This document shows positions 26,411 to 34,985 of a DNA stretch of 64,000 bases, piece after piece. The notes beneath the pieces are model-generated. The model was not told the origin of the DNA and did no database searches. It saw only the letters and a list, made by a program, of their open reading frames with translations. Position 1 is the stretch's first letter; each line of letters starts with the position of its first letter. Position numbers and translations under genes: made by a program. Origin of the DNA: Gemmatimonadota bacterium (GTDB lineage Bacteria > Gemmatimonadota > Gemmatimonadetes > Gemmatimonadales > Gemmatimonadaceae); the NCBI GenBank assembly GCA_003152485.1, contig PMAE01000041.1:20235-84234 (forward strand), in the 5' to 3' direction.

Positions 26411-26444
26411 GGGGCCCGCGAACGCGGGCCCCTTGTTCGTTTCT
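26411..26444. terminator. bidirectional intrinsic terminator between pqqA and the convergent dioxygenase gene
   Basis: GGGGCCCGCGAACGCGGGCCCC followed by TTGTTCGTTTCT on the plus strand and by TTTACTT on the minus strand. Confidence 0.7.
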
Positions 26445-26449
26445 GGAAG

Positions 26450-28114
26450 TTAGGAGCGCGCGCTGCGCCCACTGGTGAGCACGCGTTCGAGCCACGCTCG
26501 AGCCGCGGCCACTTCGCCCTCCGTGATCGAATGGCCACCCTCCTCCCAGTGGATGGTGACCTCGGCCCCGGCTCGGCGTAGCAGATCAGCGAGCTGCTCC
26601 GATTGTGCTGGGCTCGCGATCTGATCGCCGCGGCCCGCTCCGATAAACACCGGCATCCCGGCCAAGTCGGGCAGCGGGTCCGCGTCGAACGGAACCATCG
26701 GACTCAATAAGACAGCGGCTCGCAGCAGTCCCGGACGGCGCAGGAGCAGGCTTGCCGCGATGTTTGCGCCGTTCGAGAACCCGACCGCTACGATCCCGTC
26801 GCGGTCCAATCCGTAGGTCGTGGCGGCCGCCGTGATGAATTCCGCGAGCTCGCTCGTGCGACGCGCCAGGTCTTCCTGATCGAACACGCCCTCCGCGATC
26901 CGGCGAAAGAATCGCGGCATGCCGCGCTCCAAGACCTGACCGCGAGGGCTCAACAGACCGGCGCCGAGGACCAGCGCACGACCCAACGGAACGAGGTCCT
27001 CCTCGTTGCCGCCGGTGCCGTGGAGCAGGAGCAGTGTTGTACCGCCGGCGTACTCCGAGCCGGGCGCGGGCGGTACGTACCGATGGACGAAGCCGAGTGC
27101 ATCGCCGCTCACATCTTCGGGGCCGCCCCCCGCCTTCGCGATGCTGAGCTCCGCGCCCGTCACCGGGAGGTGTATCGGCGGCAGCACGGCCTCGATCTGC
27201 GGCCGATACGACTCGTACTGCGGCGGCAACATGAGGCGTTCCCCAAGGTGCTCGATCGGCTCGTCGATCGCGAAGCCTGGGCCATCGGTCGCGATCTCGA
27301 ACAACACGCCGCCGGGTTCGTGAAAATAGACCGAATGGAAATACGTGCGATCGATGACCGGGGTCGGCGTGGGGCCCGCCGCGACCACCTGCTCGCGGAT
27401 CGCGAGTTGGGCCGCGTCGTCCGCCGCGCGAAACGCGACGTGGTGGACGATCCCACTCCCGCCCGCGCCGCCCGCGAATCCGCCGATCTCCCGCACGTCG
27501 ACCAATGTCCCCGCGCCGCCATCGCCCACCGCGTATCGCCGGGTCGTCTGGTCCTCGCCGACCGCGCGAAATCCCAGCGTATCGATGAGCAAGCGCTCGG
27601 TCGCGTCGTGCTTCTCCTCCCACAGTGTGACGCTATGAAATCCCCGGATCGCGTGTGCGGCGTCGATCCCCGGCGCGCCACGCCACGCGGGTCGAGTCTC
27701 CGCGCTCGCGTGCGCGACGATCTCCAACATCAGCCCGTCGTGGTCGCGAAACGCGAGCACGCGCTCCGTCGCTGCGCCCACCTCGCGCTTCGTCGGCCCC
27801 TCGAACGGCACGCTGTGGCGGACCAATCGCTCGACCCAGAAGCCGAGTGCCGCGGGCGATACCGCGAACGCGGTGACCGCGACCTGACCCGCGCTCTGGC
27901 GCCCCCGCCGAGCGCCCGGCCATGGAAAAAAAGTCAGGACGCTGCCCGGCGTCCCCGTCTCATCCGCAAAGTAGAAATGGTAGGTCTGCGGGTCATCGAA
28001 GTTCACCGTGCGCTTGATGAACCGCAGCCCGAGCAGACCGACGTAGAAGTCGAGGTTCCGCTGTGGGTCGCCGGCGATCGCGGTAACGTGATGGATTCCG
28101 AGGACGCTGGTCAT
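26450..28114 (-). CDS. VOC-family ring-cleaving dioxygenase fused to phospholipase/carboxylesterase-type hydrolase
   Basis: The N-terminal VOC modules (GIHHVTAIAGDPQRNLDFYVGLLGL, IVHHVAFRA) resemble MhqO-type extradiol dioxygenases. The C-terminal ~200 aa form an alpha/beta hydrolase (LLLLHGTGGNEEDL, GFSNGANIA), like MhqD-type esterases. Confidence 0.85.
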   Translation of the reverse strand: MTSVLGIHHVTAIAGDPQRNLDFYVGLLGLRFIKRTVNFDDPQTYHFYFADETGTPGSVLTFFPWPGARRGRQSAGQVAVTAFAVSPAALGFWVERLVRHSVPFEGPTKREVGAATERVLAFRDHDGLMLEIVAHASAETRPAWRGAPGIDAAHAIRGFHSVTLWEEKHDATERLLIDTLGFRAVGEDQTTRRYAVGDGGAGTLVDVREIGGFAGGAGGSGIVHHVAFRAADDAAQLAIREQVVAAGPTPTPVIDRTYFHSVYFHEPGGVLFEIATDGPGFAIDEPIEHLGERLMLPPQYESYRPQIEAVLPPIHLPVTGAELSIAKAGGGPEDVSGDALGFVHRYVPPAPGSEYAGGTTLLLLHGTGGNEEDLVPLGRALVLGAGLLSPRGQVLERGMPRFFRRIAEGVFDQEDLARRTSELAEFITAAATTYGLDRDGIVAVGFSNGANIAASLLLRRPGLLRAAVLLSPMVPFDADPLPDLAGMPVFIGAGRGDQIASPAQSEQLADLLRRAGAEVTIHWEEGGHSITEGEVAAARAWLERVLTSGRSARS

Positions 28115-28150
28115 GAGAGCGGGAGCAGAGGTCAGAGTGAAGGCCAGGAA

Positions 28151-28714
28151 TCAGTGGATCAAAGCCCGACGGAGCACAAGAGGAATCCGCTCACGCCAGG
28201 CGTTCTCCACAAAAGCATCCTTCCGGGCGCGCCGCGAGTCGAACTCCTCACGCGCAAAAGCCGTGTAATTGATTTCGCGACCAAGGCGGCGCTCGAGCGT
28301 TGCAATCACCTGCGCGAGTTCCTCGGCGCTCGGGGTGCCGATCAACAGGATATCAATGTCGCTCGAAGCGTCTTGCTGATCGCGCGCGAATGAACCGTAC
28401 AGATACGCCTCGTGAACCCGATCGACGGTTTTGAGGGCCTGCCCGAGCAACGGCACGGCTCCGATGGTCTTCTCGACGATGCCGCGAACTTCCGCGTACA
28501 GCGGATACTCGCTGTTGAGACGAAAGTACTTTTGGCGGCCGCTGACTACCGAAACGAATAAGCCGTCTCGTTCCAGGTCGCGAAGCTCCTTCGACAGATT
28601 CGACGGGTCGACGTCCAGTCGCCCGGCCAAATCGCGTAGATGGATCGAGACCGTCGGATTGGTGAAATAGTACGCTAGCAGCCTCTGACGGGCCTTTGAC
28701 CGCAAGTTCAACAT
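28151..28714 (-). CDS. winged-helix + nucleotidyltransferase (MNT-like) domain protein
   Basis: N-terminal wHTH (IHLRDLAGRLDVDPSNLSKELRDLERDGL). NTase motif YLYGSFARDQQDASSDIDILLIG. The segment is AT-richer. Confidence 0.75.
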   Translation of the reverse strand: MLNLRSKARQRLLAYYFTNPTVSIHLRDLAGRLDVDPSNLSKELRDLERDGLFVSVVSGRQKYFRLNSEYPLYAEVRGIVEKTIGAVPLLGQALKTVDRVHEAYLYGSFARDQQDASSDIDILLIGTPSAEELAQVIATLERRLGREINYTAFAREEFDSRRARKDAFVENAWRERIPLVLRRALIH

Positions 28715-28756
28715 GTGGTAATATTATACCTCATATGTGGTAAAGTAAAGCCACAT
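28713..28756. promoter_or_regulatory. repeat motifs at the start of the wHTH-NTase gene (candidate operator)
   Basis: ATGTGGTAA occurs at 28713 and 28735, with the partial inverse CCACAT at 28751. The first copy overlaps the start codon. Confidence 0.35.
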
Positions 28757-28877
28757 AAGAAGTGCCCAGCGTCACGCAGTGGTTCCTGCACGAGCGTGCA
28801 GCCTAGGGCAGGCCACATATTCACCGTCGCACCGCCGCCGCGCCCCCACATCGTCCGACTTGGCGTCCTCCACAACC

Positions 28878-29855
28878 ATGAGACCCGCTCTCTTGATCTC
28901 CGCCGCCCGCACTTCGGCGTCGCTCGCCCTCGCCGTCATGGCCATGGCCATGGCCGCCACCGCCCAGCCTCCCCGGGCACACGACGGCTGGATCACTACC
29001 ACGGACTCCACCCGCCTCTACTATCGCGTGATCGGACGCGGATCAGACACCGTGATCGCGATTCACGGTGGGCCCGGCGTCGACCTCGAGAGCATTGCGG
29101 GCGACTTCGCGCCGCTCGCCGAGCACCACGTCGTCATCTTCTACGATCAACGCGGGACGGGTCGCTCCACGTTGCCGACCGATACGACGCGACTGGGTGC
29201 GGACCAACAGGTCGCCGACCTCGACGCGGTCCGCCGGCATTTCGGACTGGCCCGGGTGACGCTGATCGCCCACTCCTACGGCCCGCTCCTCGCGGCGACC
29301 TACGCGCTCGCACACCCCGACGCCGTCCGCCGGATGGTGTTCTTCGGTCCGGTCCCACCGCGGCGCGGCGATTTCTGGACGCGCTTCGGAAAAGTCATGG
29401 CGTCGCGACTCGACAGCACACAGCAAGCACGTATGGCCGATGCCAACCGTCGACTCGGCGACTCCTCGGCCGACGCCCGCCAAGCCTGTCGCGACCTGTG
29501 GGCCATCGCGATGCGGCCGCGGCTCGCCGAACCGGATCGCACCCTCCCCCTCATCCGGTCGGACCTCTGCGCCTCTGATCCCGCCGGCATCAGATACGGA
29601 CTCACGGTCACGAATCGTGTGGTGATGGCCACGTATGGCAATTGGGATCTCCGCGCGCGATTACGCGGACTCACGGTGCCGGTCCTCGTCGTACACGGAG
29701 AGCAGGACGCGATCCCCATGGACCTCGTGGAGGAGTGGACGACGTCGCTCCCGCACGGTCAACTCCTCCGCGTGCCGGGTGCCGCGCACTTCACCTATGC
29801 GGAACAGCCCCAACTCGTGTGGCCCGCCGTCGAACGCTTCCTCGGATCCCCGTAA
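28878..29855 (+). CDS. alpha/beta hydrolase (proline iminopeptidase-like), exported
   Basis: ATG 28878. Signal peptide ...AMAMAATAQP. HGGPG oxyanion motif, DQRGTGRS and the AHSYG nucleophile elbow. Confidence 0.85.
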   Translation: MRPALLISAARTSASLALAVMAMAMAATAQPPRAHDGWITTTDSTRLYYRVIGRGSDTVIAIHGGPGVDLESIAGDFAPLAEHHVVIFYDQRGTGRSTLPTDTTRLGADQQVADLDAVRRHFGLARVTLIAHSYGPLLAATYALAHPDAVRRMVFFGPVPPRRGDFWTRFGKVMASRLDSTQQARMADANRRLGDSSADARQACRDLWAIAMRPRLAEPDRTLPLIRSDLCASDPAGIRYGLTVTNRVVMATYGNWDLRARLRGLTVPVLVVHGEQDAIPMDLVEEWTTSLPHGQLLRVPGAAHFTYAEQPQLVWPAVERFLGSP

Positions 29856-29913
29856 CGGACCCGCGACGCCTCCAGCATGTCTCTCCGTTCGCTTTCCCCT
29901 CTCTCTGCTCCGC

Positions 29914-30867
29914 GTGAATATCACGCTCGCTGACATCGAGGACGCCCGCCGGCGCCTGCGCGGCTTTGCCCTGCGCACACCGCTCGTCCGACTCACGCTT
30001 CCCGATAGCTCGCACGAGGTCGGCCTCAAACTCGAGACGCTTCAGCCGATCGGGTCGTTCAAGATCCGCGGCGCGGGTGCGGCCATGACCGCGGCGGATC
30101 CCGCGGTGCTCGCACGCGGTGTCTACACCGCGAGCGCTGGCAACATGGCGCAGGGCGTCGCGTGGTGTGCACGCGCGCTGCACGTACCCTGCACCGTGAT
30201 CGTCCCCGACCACGCGCCCGCGACCAAGATCGCGGCGGTCGAGCGACTCGGCGCGACGGTCATCCGCGTTCCCTTCGAACGGTGGTGGCAAGTGCTCGTC
30301 GAGCACTCGTATCCCGGCCTCGATGGTCTGTTCGTCCATCCGGTGTCGGATCCCGCCGTCATCACGGGCAACGCCACGACCGCGCTCGAGATTCTCGAGG
30401 ATGTGCCCGACGTGGATACGGTGCTCGTCCCCTATGGTGGCGGCGGCCTGTCATGTGGGATCGCCCTCGGCCTTCGGGCCAGCGGCTCGACCGCGCGCGT
30501 GATTGCCTGTGAGGTGGAGACCGCGGCGCCCCTCGCCGCGTCGCTTCGTGCCGGTCACGCATCACAGATCGAGTACCATCCGAGTTTCGTGGACGGGATC
30601 GGCGGTCGGAGCGTCCTCGCCGAGATGTGGCCGCTCGCGAGCACGTTGCTGAGCGGCAGTGTTGTGAGCAGTGTCGCGCAGATCGCTGACAGTGTCCGTG
30701 TGCTCGCCGAGCGAGCGCATATTGTCGCCGAGGGCGCCGGTGCCGCCTCGGTCGCCGCAGCGATGTCCGGCACCGTCACGGGGAAGTCGATCGTCTGCGT
30801 GATCTCGGGCGCGAACATCGACCTGGGCAAACTGGCGACGATTCTCGCGGGTGGCATACCCACGTAG
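29914..30867 (+). CDS. PLP-dependent threonine/serine dehydratase-family enzyme
   Basis: GTG 29914. PLP-lysine motif GSFKIRGA and glycine loop PYGGGGL. Confidence 0.85.
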   Translation: MNITLADIEDARRRLRGFALRTPLVRLTLPDSSHEVGLKLETLQPIGSFKIRGAGAAMTAADPAVLARGVYTASAGNMAQGVAWCARALHVPCTVIVPDHAPATKIAAVERLGATVIRVPFERWWQVLVEHSYPGLDGLFVHPVSDPAVITGNATTALEILEDVPDVDTVLVPYGGGGLSCGIALGLRASGSTARVIACEVETAAPLAASLRAGHASQIEYHPSFVDGIGGRSVLAEMWPLASTLLSGSVVSSVAQIADSVRVLAERAHIVAEGAGAASVAAAMSGTVTGKSIVCVISGANIDLGKLATILAGGIPT

Positions 30868-30993
30868 GGAGGGAGCCACGACGACGCCACGGTCGCGCTC
30901 TTCGCAACTATCGGGCTTGTGGATACCGATCTGCATCCCAAGCCCGCGCTCGCCGTATGGGACAGCACGTTCACGCGACGTTACGCGCCGTAG
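30868..30993 (+). pseudogene. possible glycoside-hydrolase C-terminal stub
   Basis: This 41-codon stretch is bounded by a stop codon at each end and has no start codon: ...VALFATIGLVDTDLHPKPALAVWDSTFTRRYAP*. GLVD-x-D-x-x-PKPA is a common C-terminal motif of TIM-barrel glycosidases. Confidence 0.3.
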
Positions 30994-31060
30994 CACAGCC
31001 CGCCGCCGCCCGCCCGCCCGCCGATCGAGTGATCGGCGCCCGAGAGACGCCGTCGCCGGG

Positions 31061-31852
31061 TTAGATCAGGCTCTGGATTTGCCCGCCATCAACTTGGATC
31101 GCGGTGCCCGTTACGAAACTCGCCCGATCGGACGCCAGGAACGCGACCACGGCCGCCATCTCGCGCGGATCGCCCGCACGACCGAGCGGAATCCCGCCGG
31201 TGCGCTGCCGTAGGATCTCGTCGATCGGGCGTTTCTCACGCTCCGCCCGCATCCCGGCCAACTCGGTTGCGCGCGCCGTGTCGAAGTGCCCGGGCAACAC
31301 GGTGTTGACGAGTACGCCGTCCTTGGCCACCTCGCTCGCCAACGTCTTGGCGAAGCCAAGCAGTCCACTGCGCGCGGTGTTCGACAGGATCAGGCCCGGA
31401 ACGGGCTGCTTCGCGGCCATGGAAGTGAGGAAAATCACCCGTCCCCAATGCCGTGCCCGCATCCCTGGCACGCAGGCGTGCGCAAGCCAAATCGAGGAGA
31501 GCAGATTGAGCTCGATCGCCGCCCGATATTGTGCGTCGGTCGTGCTTTCGAAGGTCGTGGACGGCGGACCGCCCGCGTTCGCAACGAGAATATCGATGGG
31601 CCCGAGCTCGGCCTCCGCAACCCGGACGAACTGCTTCGCTGCGCCATCCACCGTGACGTCGCCGACGATCGGGAACGCGCGCCCCTTCGACGACGCGGCG
31701 ATCTCCCGTGTGCGCTGGGTGAGCTCTGCATCGCGTCGCGCGACCATCGCGACGGACGCGCCCTCCGCCGCCAGCTCGCGGGCGATGGCCAGACCGAGTC
31801 CCGACGATGCGCCGGTGACGAGAGCGACTTTGTTCGTGAGTCCGAGATCCAT
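31061..31852 (-). CDS. short-chain dehydrogenase/reductase (SDR)
   Basis: ATG 31852. TGASSGLGLAIA cofactor motif and classical SDR layout. Confidence 0.88.
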   Translation of the reverse strand: MDLGLTNKVALVTGASSGLGLAIARELAAEGASVAMVARRDAELTQRTREIAASSKGRAFPIVGDVTVDGAAKQFVRVAEAELGPIDILVANAGGPPSTTFESTTDAQYRAAIELNLLSSIWLAHACVPGMRARHWGRVIFLTSMAAKQPVPGLILSNTARSGLLGFAKTLASEVAKDGVLVNTVLPGHFDTARATELAGMRAEREKRPIDEILRQRTGGIPLGRAGDPREMAAVVAFLASDRASFVTGTAIQVDGGQIQSLI

Positions 31853-31868
31853 GGCGTTGGTCCAGTGG

Positions 31869-32861
31869 TCAGAGAGAATCAATCTGAGGCGCGGGAATCC
31901 CGCGTGTTCCAATCTCTAGCCGATGCGCGCGCGCCGGAGATCGGCGCGGCACACGATCGAGCGCCGCCGCGATGCCGGCCGCGAAGCGTCCCGCCGCGCC
32001 GCGATCCGTCGTCAGGAACAGTTGCGGCTCGATGCATTCCAATTCGATGAGCAATAGTCGCCCCTGACGGTCGATGCCGTCTACCCGGGCATAGAGAATG
32101 TCATCGGCCGCCACGCGGGTCATAGGGGGGACGGCGCCGAGCGCGCGCGCGGCGTCGGCGATCAACGGCGCCGCGGGTGTCTCGGAGGTGACTGATCCAC
32201 CAAACGCGGATTGCACCAGAAAATCTCCGGCCGCCGGGCGCTTGCGGACAGCGTGACTGTATTGCCCGCTCAGAAACATCAACGACCACTCGCCATCCCG
32301 TTCGATTTCCGGGAGAAATGCCTGCACCAGTACCGCACCGTTCGCGAGCAGCGCATCGAGGTGCCGTTGGTCCCGGTGGCCCGCTTCGCCCACGATCCGC
32401 CGGGTGCCATACGCGCTGGCCGCGATGGCGGGCTTGATCACCGCCCCCGATTCCCATCCCCGGTCGCGGAGGATCGCGGCAAGCGACGCGGATGCGCCTG
32501 GCTCGACCCACTCGGTGGGCGCGACGGGTATCCCATGCGCGGCGAGGTCACGCAGGTAGCGTTTGTCACAATTCCACCGTACGAGGGCCGGAGGATTCCA
32601 GATCGGGATGCCGGCGCCGTGGACTGCGTCGAGCCACTCGAGGAACGCGTCCGGCCGCAGATGATAGTCCCAACACGACCGGATCACGATCCCGGCGTAC
32701 GACGTCCAGTCGATCGCCGATGCGTCCCACACGACCGCCTCCGCCGCGATGCCAAGCGCGATGCACGCATTGATCAGCGGGGCATCGTCGTCAGTCAGAT
32801 CCGGGAGCTCGCTACTCGTGGCCAGCGCGAGACGGCGGTGATGGGATCGAGCCAGTGACAT
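31869..32861 (-). CDS. ATP-grasp domain protein (RimK/GSH-synthetase-like)
   Basis: KRYLRDLAAHGIPVAPT...AVIKPAIAASAYGT...LVQAFLPEI...GEWSLMFLSG...ARVDG fits the ATP-grasp pattern. Confidence 0.7.
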   Translation of the reverse strand: MSLARSHHRRLALATSSELPDLTDDDAPLINACIALGIAAEAVVWDASAIDWTSYAGIVIRSCWDYHLRPDAFLEWLDAVHGAGIPIWNPPALVRWNCDKRYLRDLAAHGIPVAPTEWVEPGASASLAAILRDRGWESGAVIKPAIAASAYGTRRIVGEAGHRDQRHLDALLANGAVLVQAFLPEIERDGEWSLMFLSGQYSHAVRKRPAAGDFLVQSAFGGSVTSETPAAPLIADAARALGAVPPMTRVAADDILYARVDGIDRQGRLLLIELECIEPQLFLTTDRGAAGRFAAGIAAALDRVPRRSPARAHRLEIGTRGIPAPQIDSL

Positions 32862-33052
32862 CGGGTCGCCTGTAGCAGACGCGGTAGGGCATCGGTGATG
32901 AGCGGTGGCGCGCTGCGACGCGCCTCGGTGAGAGACATCTGTAATCTCTCAGTGTCACCGACCCGACACAAATGACTCCGACCCAACCCGGGCGCACGCG
33001 ACGCACGCGCGCAGCCCGATCTCGTCGTTACTGCACCCTCAGCCAGAAATGG

Positions 33053-33640
33053 TCAAGTCGTGGAGTCGCGGTGGAACAGGAGCTCGTATACCAGCGGCTT
33101 AGGGAGTCGGTGGCTGGTCACCGTCACCCGGAGACGGACCCTGACGCTCCCATCGTCGAAGATCAGCGCGTTCTCCCGGTCGCCGTCCGAGGCGACCAAT
33201 GTCTGACGCACGGTGTCGCCCGCGACCACCACGTGCGCCTGATCGGTCTCCTTCGCGAGCGCATTGACCCAGGGCACGACATGGCCGTCGACCGGCGTCA
33301 TTACGGGGTCGCCATCGTCGAAGGCGACGCTCACCGTATCCGGGACGAGCCGCAGGCGCACGCGGTGCGGTAGCGGGTTGATCTTGTTGAGACGCGACCG
33401 GGCGATCGGCCGGGTGATGAAGTTCATCGACGACACCGTCTCGTTGATCGCCGCTTTGATGTCGGCGCTGGAGTCTGGGACGAGCGTGTACGTATAGGAG
33501 CCCGCGCCAGGAATCCCCTGCGCCGGCCCATGAGCGGTCGTGTCGGCCGTCGCCCCGGCCGGCTGTCCCCCAGCTGGGCGGCCCACGATGAGCATGACAC
33601 ACATGGTCACCCATCCTGTGGCCCGCGCTGCGCGCGCCAC
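33053..33640 (-). CDS. hypothetical exported protein
   Basis: Coding-like composition with no recognised domain. The start is uncertain (GTG 33640 or ATG 33604). Confidence 0.45.
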   Translation of the reverse strand: MARAARATGWVTMCVMLIVGRPAGGQPAGATADTTAHGPAQGIPGAGSYTYTLVPDSSADIKAAINETVSSMNFITRPIARSRLNKINPLPHRVRLRLVPDTVSVAFDDGDPVMTPVDGHVVPWVNALAKETDQAHVVVAGDTVRQTLVASDGDRENALIFDDGSVRVRLRVTVTSHRLPKPLVYELLFHRDSTT

Positions 33641-33865
33641 ACGTCCCGCACGCTGCCGCTGATGATGGTGGGACGGCCCGCGATGACGTTGTGTGAACAC
33701 CTGGTGAATTCTCCGCTCGGGTGGTGGCACCGACCGAGGATGTCGGTTGTTCCCGAATCGTAGGACGGTCGCCGACGGCCCGCGCCGGTGCTGGGGCGGA
33801 CGACCACTCGCGGGGGGTGAATCGCCACGCCGAGCGCGCTACGGAGCGCGGGCGCTCTGGGCCGC

Positions 33866-34033
33866 CTAGCTCGTCCCGCCGCTCCGCTCCGCCAACCGCC
33901 GCGCGACCCGCGACCGAAAATCCGCGGGGACGTCGATGCGCTGAAGTTTGACGCGCACGTCGCGGATCACGCTCGCCTCGAACGCGAACTCAGCGGAACA
34001 CGGCGCGCACGCCTCGAGTCGGCAGTCATGGCG
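33866..34033 (-). pseudogene. zf-HC2 anti-sigma factor fragment
   Basis: The minus frame reads *RHDCRLEACAPCSAEFAFEASVIRDVRVKLQRIDVPADFRSRVARRLAERSGGTS*. It has H-x3-C-x2-C-type spacing and a typical downstream helix. A stop lies 3 codons before the motif, there is no start codon, and no sigma gene lies upstream. Confidence 0.45.
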
Positions 34034-34367
34034 TCATAGGAACAGGGAGCGCCGCGGGGCGGCCGGACGGCGCGCGCCCGTAGACCGGGCGCCGCCACTC
34101 GCGGAATGGTCGGCTTGGGAGACGTAATGCGCCGACACCCGTGACGTCAACTTGCGGGGCCGCGGCGCCCGCCACACCTTCCCGCGATGGGCGACACGAC
34201 CGAGACCTGGTATCGAGTTGGCGGCGTCGCCGAGGTGCGCGCGGCGGCGCCCACAGCCGTCACGGCCGGCGGCCGAATGGTGGATCAGGGCCGCGGAACC
34301 GGCGTGCAACCGGTGGAGCGAGCCGGCCGTAAAGCCAACTCGGTTGCCGATACCATGGCGATGCCCA

Positions 34368-34850
34368 ATGGCTGATCACAAACCACCCGAATCGTTGATC
34401 GCTGCCGATCCTGAGTCCCGCCTCGCCATCGGCCACGCGTATGAGCGCGCGCTGTTCGGTGGGCGCATGGACGAGCTGGCCGAGTACCTGACGGAAGATG
34501 TGAGCTATTGGGTTGCCGGCGCCCCCCCGATCGGCGGCACGTGGCACGGCCGCGACGCCGTGCTCCACGCGTTCACCAACCGCGAGTTTGGGCTCGGGGC
34601 AGCCGATTGGGGGTACGAAGAGCTGAAGCGCGAATGGTCAGCCCCGGGCGATGACCGCGTGGTCGTCGAGATTCACGAGCGGAGCTGGCTCAAATCGGAT
34701 CCCGCGGATGTCATGGATCAACGGACGTACTCTGTCCTACGATTTCGCGGGGATCGGATCGCGGCCCTCGAGGACTACAGTGACGCTGAGGTGTATGAGG
34801 AGTTCGTGGACCGGCACCGGTCCCAACTCCCGAAGTTTCGGGGATCCTGA
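34368..34850 (+). CDS. SnoaL-like / ketosteroid-isomerase-related (NTF2-fold) protein
   Basis: ATG 34368. ...MDELAEYLTEDVSYWVAG...VVVEIHERSW...VLRFRGDRIAALEDYSD fits the NTF2-fold pattern. Confidence 0.75.
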   Translation: MADHKPPESLIAADPESRLAIGHAYERALFGGRMDELAEYLTEDVSYWVAGAPPIGGTWHGRDAVLHAFTNREFGLGAADWGYEELKREWSAPGDDRVVVEIHERSWLKSDPADVMDQRTYSVLRFRGDRIAALEDYSDAEVYEEFVDRHRSQLPKFRGS

Positions 34851-34985
34851 GGCCGAGGGCATGGCTGGAGCCGAAGATCATGGGAACCGGTTCGACCGGC
34901 GTGGCATATTCGCTGTGTGTAGGCCATCGCCGGACCGACGACTTGAAGCACTCGGTCACGACGGACGCATTCGGAGGGGTACCTC

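Noticed and set aside
34187-34375. Plus-strand ORF starting ...TWYRVGGVAEVRAAAPTAVTAGGRMVD, reminiscent of a Rieske/NirD N-terminus
   Set aside because: The similarity is limited to about 25 residues, there are no CxH/CxxH motifs, and the ORF overlaps the start of the SnoaL-like gene.
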